Shown: positions 23,760-35,976 of the stretch, piece by piece
Layout: every line of letters starts with the position of its first letter
Position numbering within the stretch: position 1 is the stretch's first letter
Assembly: GCA_030390025.1 (NCBI GenBank)
Contig: CM059432.1
Span: 94,552,001 to 94,616,000, forward strand
Direction of reading: 5' to 3'
Source of the DNA: Squalus acanthias
Lineage: Eukaryota
Length of the DNA stretch: 64,000 bases
Program-made: the position numbers and the translations under genes
Notes under the pieces: model-generated
What the model saw: the letters and a program-made list of their open reading frames with translations, nothing else
Database searches by the model: none
Told to the model about the DNA's origin: nothing

Positions 23760-24788
23760 ATGCATCCCAATAATGGATAATCAAGGGGCTATTGGGGTGG
23801 GGGGTAACTTAAAACTATCACTAGAGAGAAAGTACTAGGCAAACTAATGGGACTAAAGGTGGACAAGTCCCCTGGACTCGATGGCCTGCATCCTAGGGTC
23901 TTAAAAGAGGTGGCTGCAGAGATAGTGGATGCATTGGTTGTAATCTACCAAAATTCCCTGGATTCTGGAAAGGTCCCAGTGGACTGGAAAACTGCAAATG
24001 TAACGCCCCTATTTAAGAAAGGAGGGAGACAGAAAGCAGGCAACTATAGACCAGTTAGCCTCCAAGGCAAGTATATCCTTCCTCAGATAAGGAGACCAAA
24101 ACTGTGCACAGTACTCCAAGTGTGGTCTCACGAAAGCCCTGTACAATTGTAGTAAGACTTCCTTACTCTTGTACTCCAACCCCCTTGCAATAAAGGCCAA
24201 CATGCGATTTGCCTTCCTAATTGCTTGCTGTGCCTGCATGCTAACTCTCTGAGTTTTGTGTACGAGGACACCTAAATCTCTTGCCTTGGAGGCGGTGCAA
24301 CGAAGGTTCACTAGATTGATTCCTGGGATGAGAGGGCTGTCCTATGATGAGAGATTGTGTAGAATGGGCCTATACTCTCTGGAATTTAGTAGAATGAGAG
24401 GTGATCTCATTAAAACATACAAGATTCTGAAGGGGATTGACAGGGTAGATGCTGAGAGGTTGTTTCCCCTGGCTGGAGTGTCTAGAATTAGGGGGCATAG
24501 TCTCTGGATAAGGGGTCGGCCATTTAAGACTGAGATGAGGAGGAATTTCTTCACTCAGAGGGTTGTGAATCTTTGGAATTCTCTGCCCCAGAGGGCTGTG
24601 AATGCTGAGTCTTTGAGTATATTCAAGGCTGAGATAGATAGATTTTTGGACTCTCGGGGAATCAAGGGATACGGAGATGGGGCGGGAAAGTGGAGTTGAG
24701 GTTGATGATCAGCCATGATCTTATTGAATGGCGGAGCAGGCTCAAGGGGCCGTATGGCCTACTCCTGCTCTTATTTCTTTCTTATGTT
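23760..24788 (+). mobile_element. CR1 fragments: sense 23760-24060, antisense 24060-24280, sense 3' end with tail 24281-24788
   Basis: KSPGLDGLHPRVLKE...NYRPVSL; inverted DLGVLVH...DILALEA; ALEAVQRRF...GYGDGAGKW plus 3' UTR. Confidence 0.85.
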
Positions 24789-26928
24789 CTCTGAACACCG
24801 ACACTTAATAGTTTCTCACCATTTAAAAAATATTTTGTTTTTCTATTCTTCCTACCAAAGTGAATAACCTCAAATTTCCCTACATTATACTCCACCTGCC
24901 ACCTTATTGTCCACTCACTTAAACCTGTCTATATCCCTTTGCAGCCTCTTTGTGTCCTCCTCACAGCTTACTTTCCACCTAGCTTTGTATCGTCAGCAAA
25001 CTTGGATACATTGCACTTGGTTCCTTCATCTAGGTTATTGATAGAGATTGTAAATAGCTGAGGCCCAAGCACTGATCCTTGCGCCACCCCACTAGTTACA
25101 GCCTGCCAACCGGAAAATGACCCGGTTTATACCTACTCTTGGTTTTCTGTTTGTTAACCAATTCTCTATCCATGTTAATATATTACCCCCAACCCCAACC
25201 TTTTATGTGGCACCTTATCAAATGCCTTTTGGAAATCAAAATATACTACATCCACTGGTTCCCCTTTATCTACCCTGCTAGTTACATACTCAAAAAATTT
25301 GTTAAACATGATTTCCCTTTCATAAAACCATGTTGACTCTGCCTAATCATATTATGATTTTCTAAATGCCCTGTTACCACTTCCTTAATAGTGGATTCCA
25401 GCATTTTCCCAATGCCTGATGTCAGGCTGACTGGCCTGTAGTTCCCTGTTTTCTCTCTCCCTCCTTTCTTGAATAGCGGGGCTACATTTGCTACCTTTCA
25501 GTCCGCTGGGACCGTTCTAGAATCTCGGGAATTTTGGAAGATCACAACCAATGCATCCACTATCTCTGCATCCACCTCTTTTAGAATCCTAGGATGTAGG
25601 CCATCAGGTCCGGGGGATTTGTCGGCTTTTCGTCCCATTAGTTTCTCAAGTACTTTTTCTCTACTGATATTAATTACTTTAAGTTCCTCACTCTTAATAG
25701 CCCCTTGGTTCCCCGTTACTTTTGGTATGCTTCTTGTGTCTTCTACTGTGTTTTTGTGTCTTCTACTGTGAAGAGAGATATAAAATATTTGTTTAAAGTC
25801 TCTGCCATTTCCTTATTCCCCATTATAATTTCACCTGTCTCAGCCTCTAAGGGTCCAACGCTTACTTTTGCTACTCTTTTCCTTTTTTCATACTTGTAGA
25901 AGCTCTTACAATCTGTTTTTATATTTCTTGCTAGTTTACTCTCATTCTATTTTCTCCCTTTTTATCAATTTTTTGGTCATCCTTTGCTGGTTTCTAAACC
26001 TCTCCCAATCCTCAGGCTTACTACTATTTTTCACAATATTATAAGCCTCTTCTTTTAATCTAATACTATCCTTAACTTCTTTAGTTAGTGATGGATGGAT
26101 CACTTTTCCCGTAGAGTTTTTATTTCTTAATGGAATGTATATGCATTGAGAATTTTGGAGTATTTCTTTAAATGTTAGCCACTGCTTATCTACCATCATA
26201 CCTTTTAATCTAATTTCCCAATCTACCTTAGTTAACTCACCCCCATACCTATAACAGGCTTTATTCACGTTTAAGACTCTTGTTTCCGACTGAAGTATTT
26301 CACTCTCAAACTCAATGTGAAATTTTATCATATTATGATCACTCTTCCCCAGAGGATCCTTTACTATGGGATTACTAATTAACCCTGTCTCATTACACAA
26401 TACAAGATCTAAAATAGCCTGTTCTCTGGTTGGTTCCATGATGTATTGTTCTAGGAAACTGTCTTGAATGCATTCCATGAATTCGTCCTCCAGACTACCT
26501 TTGCCAATTTGATCTGCCCAGTCAATATGAAGATTAAAGTCCCCCATGATTATTGTAATAGCTTTGTTGCAAGCTCCTATTATTTGTTGATTAACACTCT
26601 GTGCAATGGTATAGCTACTGTTAGGGGGCCTATAAACTACTGTCACCAGTGTTTTCTCCCCCTTGTTATTTCTTATCTCCACCCATACTGATTCTACTTC
26701 CTGATCTTCCGAGCCAAGATCCTTTCTCACTACTGTCCTATGTCATCCTTTATTATCAGGGCTACCCCCCCGCCACCTTTTCCATTCAGCCTTTCTTTTT
26801 GAAATGTCAAGTACCCTGGAATATTTAGTTCCCAGCCGTGGTCACCTTGCAACCACGTCTCTGTAATGGCTATGAGATCAAAGCCATTTATCTCTATTTG
26901 TGCCACTAATTCATCTATCTTGTTACTT

Positions 26929-27376
26929 GGGAACAGTAGCATGGTGGTTAAGTTACTGGACTTGTAATCCAAAGCCCTGGACTAATAATCTGAAGACATG
27001 AATTCAAATCCCACCATGACAGCTGGGGAATTTAAATTCAGTTAATTAAATAAATTTGGAATATAAAAGCTAGCATCCGTAATGGTGACCATGAAACCTA
27101 CCGGATTGTTGTAAAAACCCATCTGGTTGACTAGTGTCCTTTAGGGAAGGAAATCTGCCACCCTTACCTGGTCTGGCCTACATGTGACTCCCGACCTACT
27201 GCAACTTGACTCTTAACTACCCTCTGAAATGGCCTAGCAAGCCACTCAGTTATACCACTATGACAAAGTCACTGTGGGAGTACCTTTGCCACACGGACTG
27301 CAGCGGTTCAAGAAGGCAGCTCACCACCACCTTCTCAATGGCAATTAGGGATGGACAATGAATGAATAAAAAAAAA
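26929..27376 (+). mobile_element. SINE-like element: tRNA head plus ~95 bp LINE-T 3' end and A-tail
   Basis: Head homologous to 5910-5556; tail CACACGGACTGCAGCGGTTCAAGAAGGCAGCTCACC matches the LINE-T 3' end. Confidence 0.8.
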
Positions 27377-27900
27377 TGCTTTGTGCATTCAGATGAAGAG
27401 CCTTTAATTTGAACTTTTTACCATTATTCCCTGCTTTCAGCTTATTCGCTGATGCACTTTTACCATTAAACTCTCTGTCCCTTCCTGTCACACTCTGCTT
27501 GTCTTTACCCAAATCGCTACACTGCTCCATTGCCTTGACTTTTCTCTTTAGATTTCTAAATTTCCCCTCACCTGACCCCTCCCCCCACCCACCACTTTTT
27601 AGTTTAAAGCCCTATCTACAGCCCATGTTATTCGATTCACCAGGGTACTGGTCCCAGCCCGGTTTAAGTGGAGACCGTCCCAACGGAACAGCTCCCTCTT
27701 TCCCCAGTGCCCCATGAATCGAAACCCCTTTCTCCCACATCACTCTTTTAGCTCTCTAATCTGTTTGCCCCATGCCAATTTGCGCGTTGCTCAGGTAACA
27801 CTCCAGAGATTATTACTTTTGAGGTTCCGCTTTTTAATTTGGACCCTAGCTCCTCAAACTCTCTCAGCAGAATCTCATTCCTAATTCTATCCACGTCATT

Positions 27901-28817
27901 GGTAGGAGGTATGATCAGTGAGTTCGCAGATGACACGAAAATTGGTGGAGTGGTAAATAGCGAGGAGGGAAGCCTCAGGCTACAGGACGATATAGACAGG
28001 ATGGTTAGATGGGCAGAAAAGTGGCAAATGGAATTTAACCCTGAAAAGTGTGAGGTGATGCATTTTGGGAGGACGAACAAGGCAAGGGGTTACACAATGA
28101 ATGGTAGGACCCTAGGAAGGACAGAGGATCAGAGGGACCTTGGTGTGCATGTACATAGATCCCTGAAGGCAGCAGGACAGGTAGATAAGGTGGTAAAAAA
28201 GGCATATGGGATACTTGCCTTCATTAGCCGAGGCATAGAACATAAGAGCAGGGAGGTTATGATGGAGCTGTACAAAACGCTAGTTAGGCCACAGGTGGAA
28301 TACTGTGTGCAGTTCTGATCGCCACACTATAGGAAGGATGTGATTGCATTGGAGAGGGTGCAGAGGAGATTCACCAGGATGTTACCTGGGCTGGAGCGCT
28401 TCAGCTATGAAGAGAGACTGGACAGGCTGGGGTTGTTTTCCTTAGAGCAGACAAGGCTGAGGGGGGACCTGATTGAGGGGCATAGATAGGGTAGATAGAA
28501 AGGAACTTTTCCCCTTAGTAGAGGGGTCAATAACCAGGGGACATAGTTTCAAGGTAAGAGGCAGGAGGTTTAGAGGGGATTTGAGGAAAAACTTTTTCAC
28601 CCAGAGGGTGGTTGGAATCTGGAACTCACTGCCTGAAAGGGTGGTAGAGACAGGAATCTTCACAACATTCAAGAAGCATTTAGATGAGCACTTGAAACGC
28701 CATAGCATATAAGGCTACGGACCAAGTGCTGGAAAATGGGATTAGAATAGACAGGGCTTGATGGCCAGCGCAGACACGATGGGCCGAAGGGCCTCTTTCT
28801 GTGCTGTATAACTCTAT
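27901..28817 (+). mobile_element. CR1 (GACTCTAT-tail family) 3' fragment
   Basis: FADDTKIGG...RDLGVHVHRSLK; 3' UTR matches 8341-8419; tail interrupted by two MITEs. Confidence 0.9.
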
Positions 28818-29701
28818 GGGGGGAAAATTCAGTTGGTTGCGCCTCCCGTTAGCGCCTTAAGAGGGCGCTAATGGGGCGCAAAGCATCTAGCGCCCGGGCG
28901 CGGCGATGTTTGCGCCGCTCGCGAAATTAACTAGACATTTTGCGGCGGCGCTAAACACTACCGCCACGATCTCCTGCGCCGGCAGATCGTGACGTCAGTT
29001 GAGTGCGCAACGCCCCAGAGCGGATATTGAGTGGCGCCCCCTGCCTTACCGCCTGCCACTAGCAACGACAGGTTGAGGGGAGCGTTTTGCAGTCAGGAAG
29101 GGACTGGGGGAGCGCTATTTAAAGGCGACTGCTTCCTGCCTTTTATTGTTGGTGACATTTTTGAACCACGCATTCTGAGAGAGAGAGAGAGAGAGAGACT
29201 TCTGGAGATTCAACGCTGTGTGAAGGAGTTTTGGGTACTGAGCAGCACTTTGCAGGTTCATTTTGATTTGCCCTTCCTTGTATCGATTTAGTAGAGACTG
29301 TGGGGGCTGCACTCTGAGCTCTTTCCCTGGTACTCTCCATTGTTCTTTCCCGCAGATTTGATGTACAGGTCTCTCCAGGCCGAGATTCAAGGCTGCAATG
29401 AGCAGGATGTGGATGGAAAGCAAGATCAACCCTCCCCTTTAAGAACTGGCCCACGCCATTGTGTGTGTGTTCCATTGCTGACTGACATCACATGAGCTTC
29501 GCCAGCGCTCTGAGGTAGCGCCTCGCTCCTCGGCCTTTGCGCCTTAAGACAGGTGTGAAGCGCCTGATTTAGCGCTCCAATCACCTCCAGGGGCGATAAA
29601 AGTCAAGTTTGCAGTCGGAGGCGATAATTAGCGCCAGGCGCTAATCTTTGCGCCCAGCCGATAATTGCGCCCCAAATGGGGAGATACTGAATTTCTCCCC
29701 C
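28818..29701. mobile_element. Non-autonomous Harbinger B-family deletion derivative, copy 1 (884 bp)
   Basis: TIRs GGGGGGAAAATTCAG / CTGAATTTCTCCCCC; TAT TSD; both arms homologous to the ends of 8420-12814 in reverse orientation. Confidence 0.92.
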
Positions 29702-29724
29702 TATGACTCTATCTTTGACTCTAT

Positions 29725-30094
29725 GGGGGAAAAATTCAGTTGGTTGCGCCTCCCGTTAGCGCCTTAAGAGGGCGCTAATGGGGCGCAAAGCAACTAGCGC
29801 CCGGGCGTGGCGATGTTTGCGCCGCTCGCGAAATTAACTAGACATTTTGCGGCGGCACTAAACACTACCGCCACGATCTCCTGCGCTGGCAGATTGTGAC
29901 GTCAGTCGAGTGCGCAACGCCCCGGTAGCGCCCTGGAGCGGATATTGAGTGGCGCCCCCTGCCTTACCGCCTGCCGCTAGCAACGACAGGTTGAGGGGAG
30001 CGTTTTACAGTCAGGAAGGGACTGGGGGAGCGCTATTTAAAGGCGACCGCTTCCTGCCTTTTTTTGTTGGTGACATTTTTGAACCACGCATTCT

Positions 30095-30125
<31 letters not shown>

Positions 30126-30627
30126 CTGGAGAGATCCAACGCTGTGTGAAGGAGTTTTGGGTACTGAGCAGCACTTTGCAGGTACATTTTGATTTGCCCT
30201 TCCTTGTATCGATTTAGAAGAGATTGTGGGGGTTGCACTCTGAGCTCTTTCCCTGGTTCTCTCCATTGTTCTTTCCAGCAGATTTGATGTACAGGTCTCT
30301 CCAGGCCGAGATTCAAGGCTGCAATGAGCAGGATGTGGATGGAAAGCAAGATCAACCCTCCCCTTTAAGAACTGGCCGGCGCCATTGTGTCTGTGTTCCA
30401 TTGCTGACTGACATCACATGATCTTCGCCAGCGCTCTGAGTTAGCGCCTCGCTCCTCGGCCTTTGCGCCTTAAGACAGATGTGTAGCGCCTGATTTAGCG
30501 CTCCAATCACCTCCAGGGGCGATAAAAGTCAAGTTTGCAGTCGGAGGCGATAATTAGCGCCAGGCACTAATCTTTGCGCCCGGCCGAAAATTGCGCCCCA
30601 AATGGGGCGATACTGAATTTTTCCCCC
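29725..30627. mobile_element. Non-autonomous Harbinger B-family deletion derivative, copy 2 (903 bp)
   Basis: TIRs GGGGGAAAAATTCAG / CTGAATTTTTCCCCC; TAT TSD (29722-29724, 30628-30630). Confidence 0.92.
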
Positions 30628-32359
30628 TATGGTTCCTATGTGGACCACGACAACTAGATCCTCCCCCTCCGACTCCAAATTCTTCTCCAGCTGCGAGGGG
30701 ATATCCTTAACCCTGGCACTGGGCAGGCGACACAGCCTTCGGAACTCCCAGTATCTATCCCCCCTGACTATACAGTCCCCTACCACTACAGCATTCCTTT
30801 TCACTCGCCCTACTTGAATGGCCTCCTGTACCACGGTGCCGTGGTCAGTTTGCTCATCCACTCTGCAGATTTTGCCCTCATCCACACAGGTAGCAAGAAC
30901 CTCATACCTGTTGGATAAGGGCAAAGGCCGAGGCTCCTCCAGCACTGCACCTGGGGTCCCCTTACCTGCCTGAGTTGTCGTCACACCCTCCTGTCCCTGA
31001 CCACTAACCTGAACTGTACCACTACCTAACCTAAGGGGTGTGTCTGCCTCCTGGATCAAGATGTCCAGATAACTCTCCCCCCCCCCCCCCCCCGCCCCCA
31101 ATGCCCCACAATGTCTGCACCTCGGACTCCAGCTCAACAACTCTGACTTACTGCAGACGTGGTCGTCCAGGATCGCGATGCTCGCCACAAACTCCCACAT
31201 GCTGCAGTTGCGGCTCACCACCTGCACTGCCATCCGTATATAAACTTTATTTATTTATTTAATTAATTACAATTTATGTAGTTAATTAACTAGCTTATAA
31301 TTTAGTTTTTAACTAATTACTAGGTCTAGTTTAGGTTCTAGATAGATGAAATTAGCTATTTACCTGTAACACAAAGCACTACAAGTATTGGAGGCAAAAA
31401 ACAACAGTTCTTTCCCCCACTGCTCCAAAATCCCAACTTTAACACTGTTTAGAAGTACTCCGTTTGAGACTACGCTGTGCGTCAACAGATAGTGTTTACT
31501 TTTATACCCTTGGAGCCACACCCAAGTTACAAGTGCTGTCTCAGCTTTTCTCCAAGTCTGTTACTCTTCATGACATGGTGTGTCTCGTCCTTGTTATTTT
31601 CAGTCTTTTTATTTCATTCTAGTTCTTGCTTCTCTCCAAGTCTCTCACGGTCAAGGTGCCTGTCTCATCCTGTGTCCTGATTATGTTCTCATTTCTGGAG
31701 CTACCCAATGGCAACAGCAAGCAGCGTAAACACCAATTCATGCCCAATATTTAACTGATCTCCTATTTATTATCATCACAAACCTTATTGCTCTGCCAAC
31801 AATTATATCTGAGTAAAGCAACAGAAAACACATTGAGGTGAAATGAGTCTTCAACGATAGCTCTAAACGGGCAACATTGAATCAGGAACCCGTTTTACAA
31901 CCGGCACAATTTTCTTTTTCATTAACTTCAATGGAAAAGAATTTTCATTTAAATTTAAATTGAAGAGCCTTTATGTGTAGTATAAATAGAATATATTAGC
32001 TGATCCCATGGAGTTGCTGATGAATTGGGAGTTATACTGTTTTATAATTGGGATGTTTTTGCCACGCAATGCATAACATCAGGTTCACTGATTATTACAT
32101 GGTATTCTGTAATTGTTACCAGAATTTTAGGGATCAAATTCTGAAAATCTGTTCATTATTCTGAGAAGCATGAATGAGTGCTCATGTATCTAAAATAAAT
32201 TCCTGTACTATTTTTAAAGTTGAAGATACACGGCAAGATGGTATGTCAGATATAACAGTTGGAGGTAGTTATTTGCTACTGAACATTACTGTGGATTGGA
32301 GAATGGGATTTTGTTGCACTGGGCGGGTAGGCAAGAACAGTCCTCAGCAGAACTGGAGT

Positions 32360-33152
32360 CCGCGATAACCTGGTCCACTCCACAATCACCCTCCCCTTCC
32401 CACGGCACCTTCCCGTGAAAGCGCAGGAGATGTAACACCTGCCCTTTTACTTCCTCCCTTCCCACTGTCCAGGGCACCAAACACTCCTTCCAGGTGAAAC
32501 AGAGATTTACTTGTACTTCTTTCAATTTAGTATACTGTATTCGCTGCTCACGATGCAGTCTCCTCTATATTGGGGAGACCAAACGCAGATTGGGTGACCG
32601 CTTTGCAGAACACCTCCGTTCAGTCCGCAAGCTTCCGGTCGTCTGTCACTTTAATTTTCCACTCCACTCCCACTCTGACCGTTCTGTCTTCGGCCTCCTA
32701 CACTGTTCCAATGAAGCTCAACGTAAGATCAAAAAGCACCTCATCTTTTGATTAGGCACGTTACAGCCTTCCGGACTCAACATTGAGTTCAACAATTTCA
32801 GATCATAACTTCTGCCCCCATTTTTTCGGATGGCAGCTGTTGATGATTCTGCCATTCCCATTTACACCTCCTCTAGAGCCATCTTTTGTTCTTTGACTTG
32901 TCCCATTACCATCTCATTTTGCCTCGCACCATCGTGCCTTTAGTTTTTTAATCTCTTCTGCCTTCCACCGTATCACAGACCTTCCCTTTTGTTCTTTCCT
33001 TCTGTCCCCCCTTTCCCTGCCTCTGCATTTCTTAAAACCTGTTATAGCTCTAACTTTTTTCAGTTCTGACAAAAGGTCATCGACCTGAAACTGTTTCTCT
33101 CTTCACAGATGCTGCCTGACCTGCTGAGTATTTCCAGCATTTTTGGTTTTAT
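32360..33152 (+). mobile_element. Penelope-like element 3' fragment (GIY-YIG endonuclease plus terminal repeat)
   Basis: NLVYCIRCSRCSLLYIGETKRRLGDRFAEH; terminal repeat with a degenerate hammerhead at ~33062-33091. Confidence 0.85.
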
Positions 33153-33249
33153 TCCATACTTGCAAAATATTGTTAATTTAATTTCTTGTCAAACCTTTAC
33201 TAGCAAGTCTTGAAAGCACAAGATTTTGTGAAATTGTTCTTATTTATTT

Positions 33250-33565
33250 TTTTGTTCATTCACAGGTTATCCCTAATTGCCCTTGAGAAGGTGGTGGTTA
33301 GCATTTCAGAAGGCAGTTAAGAGTCAACCACATTTCTGTGTCTGGAGTCACATATAGGCCAGACCAGATAAGGACAGCAGATTTCCTTGCCTGAAGGACA
33401 TTCTGGTAGTTTCATGGTCACCATTACTGATACTAACTTTATTTTAATTTTTTAATTCCAGCTTTATTTAAATAACTGCCATGGTGGGATTTTGAACTTG
33501 TGTATATCAGATCATTAGCCCAGACCTCTGGATTACTAGTCCAGTAACATAACCACTATGCTATC
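33250..33565 (-). mobile_element. SINE-like element: tRNA head plus ~45 bp LINE-T 3' end
   Basis: Head TAGCATAGTGGTTATGTTACTGGACTAGTAATCCAG on the minus strand; tail CCACCACCTTCTCAAGGGCAATTAGGGAT. Confidence 0.72.
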
Positions 33566-35213
33566 ACACGCCATTATTTGATTGCAGTTAAGCATAGTAC
33601 TGTCTATCAGTGTTCCAAGTTCAACAGGGTATAGTACAAATGCAGTCTGTAGTCCTGTTACTTGTGTATAACAAGTAAGTCTTCCTTAAGGGACAATATC
33701 AACTAATGTATTATTTCAATCATCCTGACAAATATAAGGTAGTAATGAGATATTATATATATATGTGCCTTGAGGAATTGAGAATTTTCCACTATGATGA
33801 TAAATTAATGTTCCAAAAATGAGTCCTTTTATTGTCTTAATGGCATTTCATAGATATGCTCTGATTGTGGGCTGTTTGAACTTTTTTAAAACAATGTTGA
33901 AAAGGAAAGCATTGAGAGTGCAGGTAAGCTACAAGATAACGATGACCAATTTTTTTATACTTCTTTTCCCAGAAGTTTAAAAAAAAAAATTCTTAAAATA
34001 TTGGGTGAGTTTTGTGCTCATCGGGTAAAGAATAATCATGTAGAATGACTTCCTTCTTACATCGTGCTTGTACACAGTGATAGCGCTGAGAACTTTCAGT
34101 TTAAGTACAGCATGGGTTAGGCAGAGTTCAAAACTCCCTCTATTCCAGAGCTGTCAACAACGAGGAAACATTAGCAGTGACATTTATGATCAAAGAGCAA
34201 CATGGACTGTAAGCCATTTATATATGAAATGCTATTCATTTTTCAGAGTGACATACATCAAAATAGGTTACATTTTTTAAACTAAAGAAAATCAGTTACA
34301 CCCCAAATGATTGTTCTGTACTTTCCCAATAATTGTGCCTGAACCCCAATCTCAGAGCACCCCCAACTACACTAGTCTGGGTTTTCCATTTCTAACACCA
34401 GCCATCTTTTTAATGGTTGAGGATAATTAGTGACAAATACTGATGAATCGGCAGCAGTTTTTGACATATATTAATGTCCATTGGAAACAGTGGTAACACT
34501 GCCAAGGCTCGTTATATATTAAAGCACATTAAATATGGAAGTTTATTAACCAATAATTATAATAAAACGATCACTGCAATATCCAATCTTATGGCCATGC
34601 AATTTTAATGACAAGGATAAGTTTCTCTTTATTACGTTTCTGGATGAGTAAGATACGGACTTTGTGAATGGTAGCTTAACTATTGAAAGCATCAAAATAG
34701 CTGGTTGGCATCAAAATAAAAGAATGATCTTAAATAGTATTTATAGGAGTAATCTGGTGTATAGTTATATCATCAAATGAACTAAAAATCTAAGCAATAA
34801 TCATTGAAACATTTCCTATGAAAAGCACTGATACATAGCTTATGTAAATTACCGAAGCATTTAGAATGTAACAAGAAGTACTCTGACATGCAAACAAAAG
34901 TATCCAGTTTTCAAAAATCAGAATATTTTTCCTGTGCTTCAGTGCTAGCACATTTTAAATGCACATTTTGATGTATTTCCACAATGAACATGAAATGTTG
35001 ACAGCTAATCATACACATACAAATAGAAGAGATAAAACACATCAATCTTAAAAAAAGAATGAGAGTGTTCAGTCAGAAGTGCCAACTTGTAAATTTGGTT
35101 AAAACTTCATTAAATCTAAGTTACATAGGTTGGAAGATACTTCATAGATATAAAAGGAAGGGGGGGCGCGGCGGGGTGCACTGCTTCAGGAAGTGACCAA
35201 ATGGAGGCTTGTT

Positions 35214-35976
35214 GGCCCTGAAATTCCGTTCCCTACGGGTGTGTACGCGCTGTGTACTCACCCGTAGGGCCAACGGAAGTGCCGGTTTCGCACTTGCACT
35301 GCGCATGCGCTGGAAACCGGAACTTCCGTTCTCTTGAAGGAAGGGGTTCACAGGTTAACCGCGTGCGCCGGAGAGGCAGCGCGTACGCATCGAACTTCCG
35401 TTTTTTTCTCAGTTGATGCAGTGCGGGTAAGTCCCTAGCAGCTGCGCGTGGAAAAAGCAGGCACAAGGCCTGCTTTTAACAAGGTAAGAGGTGAAGAAAG
35501 TAAAAGTAAAACATTTTTTCCACAGGTTTATCATTTTAAAATACTTTAAAGAAAGGTAAGTTTATTTTTAGCCCCGTTAAAAACTTTAATTATTTTTTTC
35601 AAAAATTTAAATTTTTGTTTAAAGTCGTTAATTTATGTAATTTATAGTTATTTTAAAAATGTGATGGTTTTTTAAAAAATGTATTTGAAGTTTTACTTAG
35701 GTTTTGGGGCCGATCTCTATTCATAGATTTGACAGGTCTTCCTGTCAAATCTATGAATGGAGATTCCCTGCTCCGATTGGCTCCCCATGGCCCACGTGAT
35801 CCCAGGGACGCTGCGAACTAGCTTCGCCCCTGGGATACGCGAGCACTGCACACCGGCAGCTGGAGCAGGCACTGGAACGGAATTCTGCGCGGGCCCAGAG
35901 CATAACGGTAGGCGCACTTCTTAAGTGCAGGTCGTGGGCTTGCACCCGCGGGAAGCCTCCGACCGGAATTTCTGGT
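35214..35976. mobile_element. Harbinger-type MITE with internal hairpins and AT-rich core
   Basis: Ends GGCCCTGAAATTCCG / CGGAATTTCTGGTT; related pieces at 18960-19317 and ~58487-58575. Confidence 0.7.

Larger units (their letters stand above)
24789..31240 (-). mobile_element. Long CR1 copy with ORF1 (Cys-motif + SGNH esterase) and degraded ORF2, carrying nested insertions
   Basis: ORF1 NCSMWEF, VVVGDCIVRG, VVVHIGT / NDV split by the 27901-30630 insertion; ORF2 LNAQSI / NKIDEL split by the SINE at 26929; ITETW, MGDFN, SDH. Confidence 0.85.
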
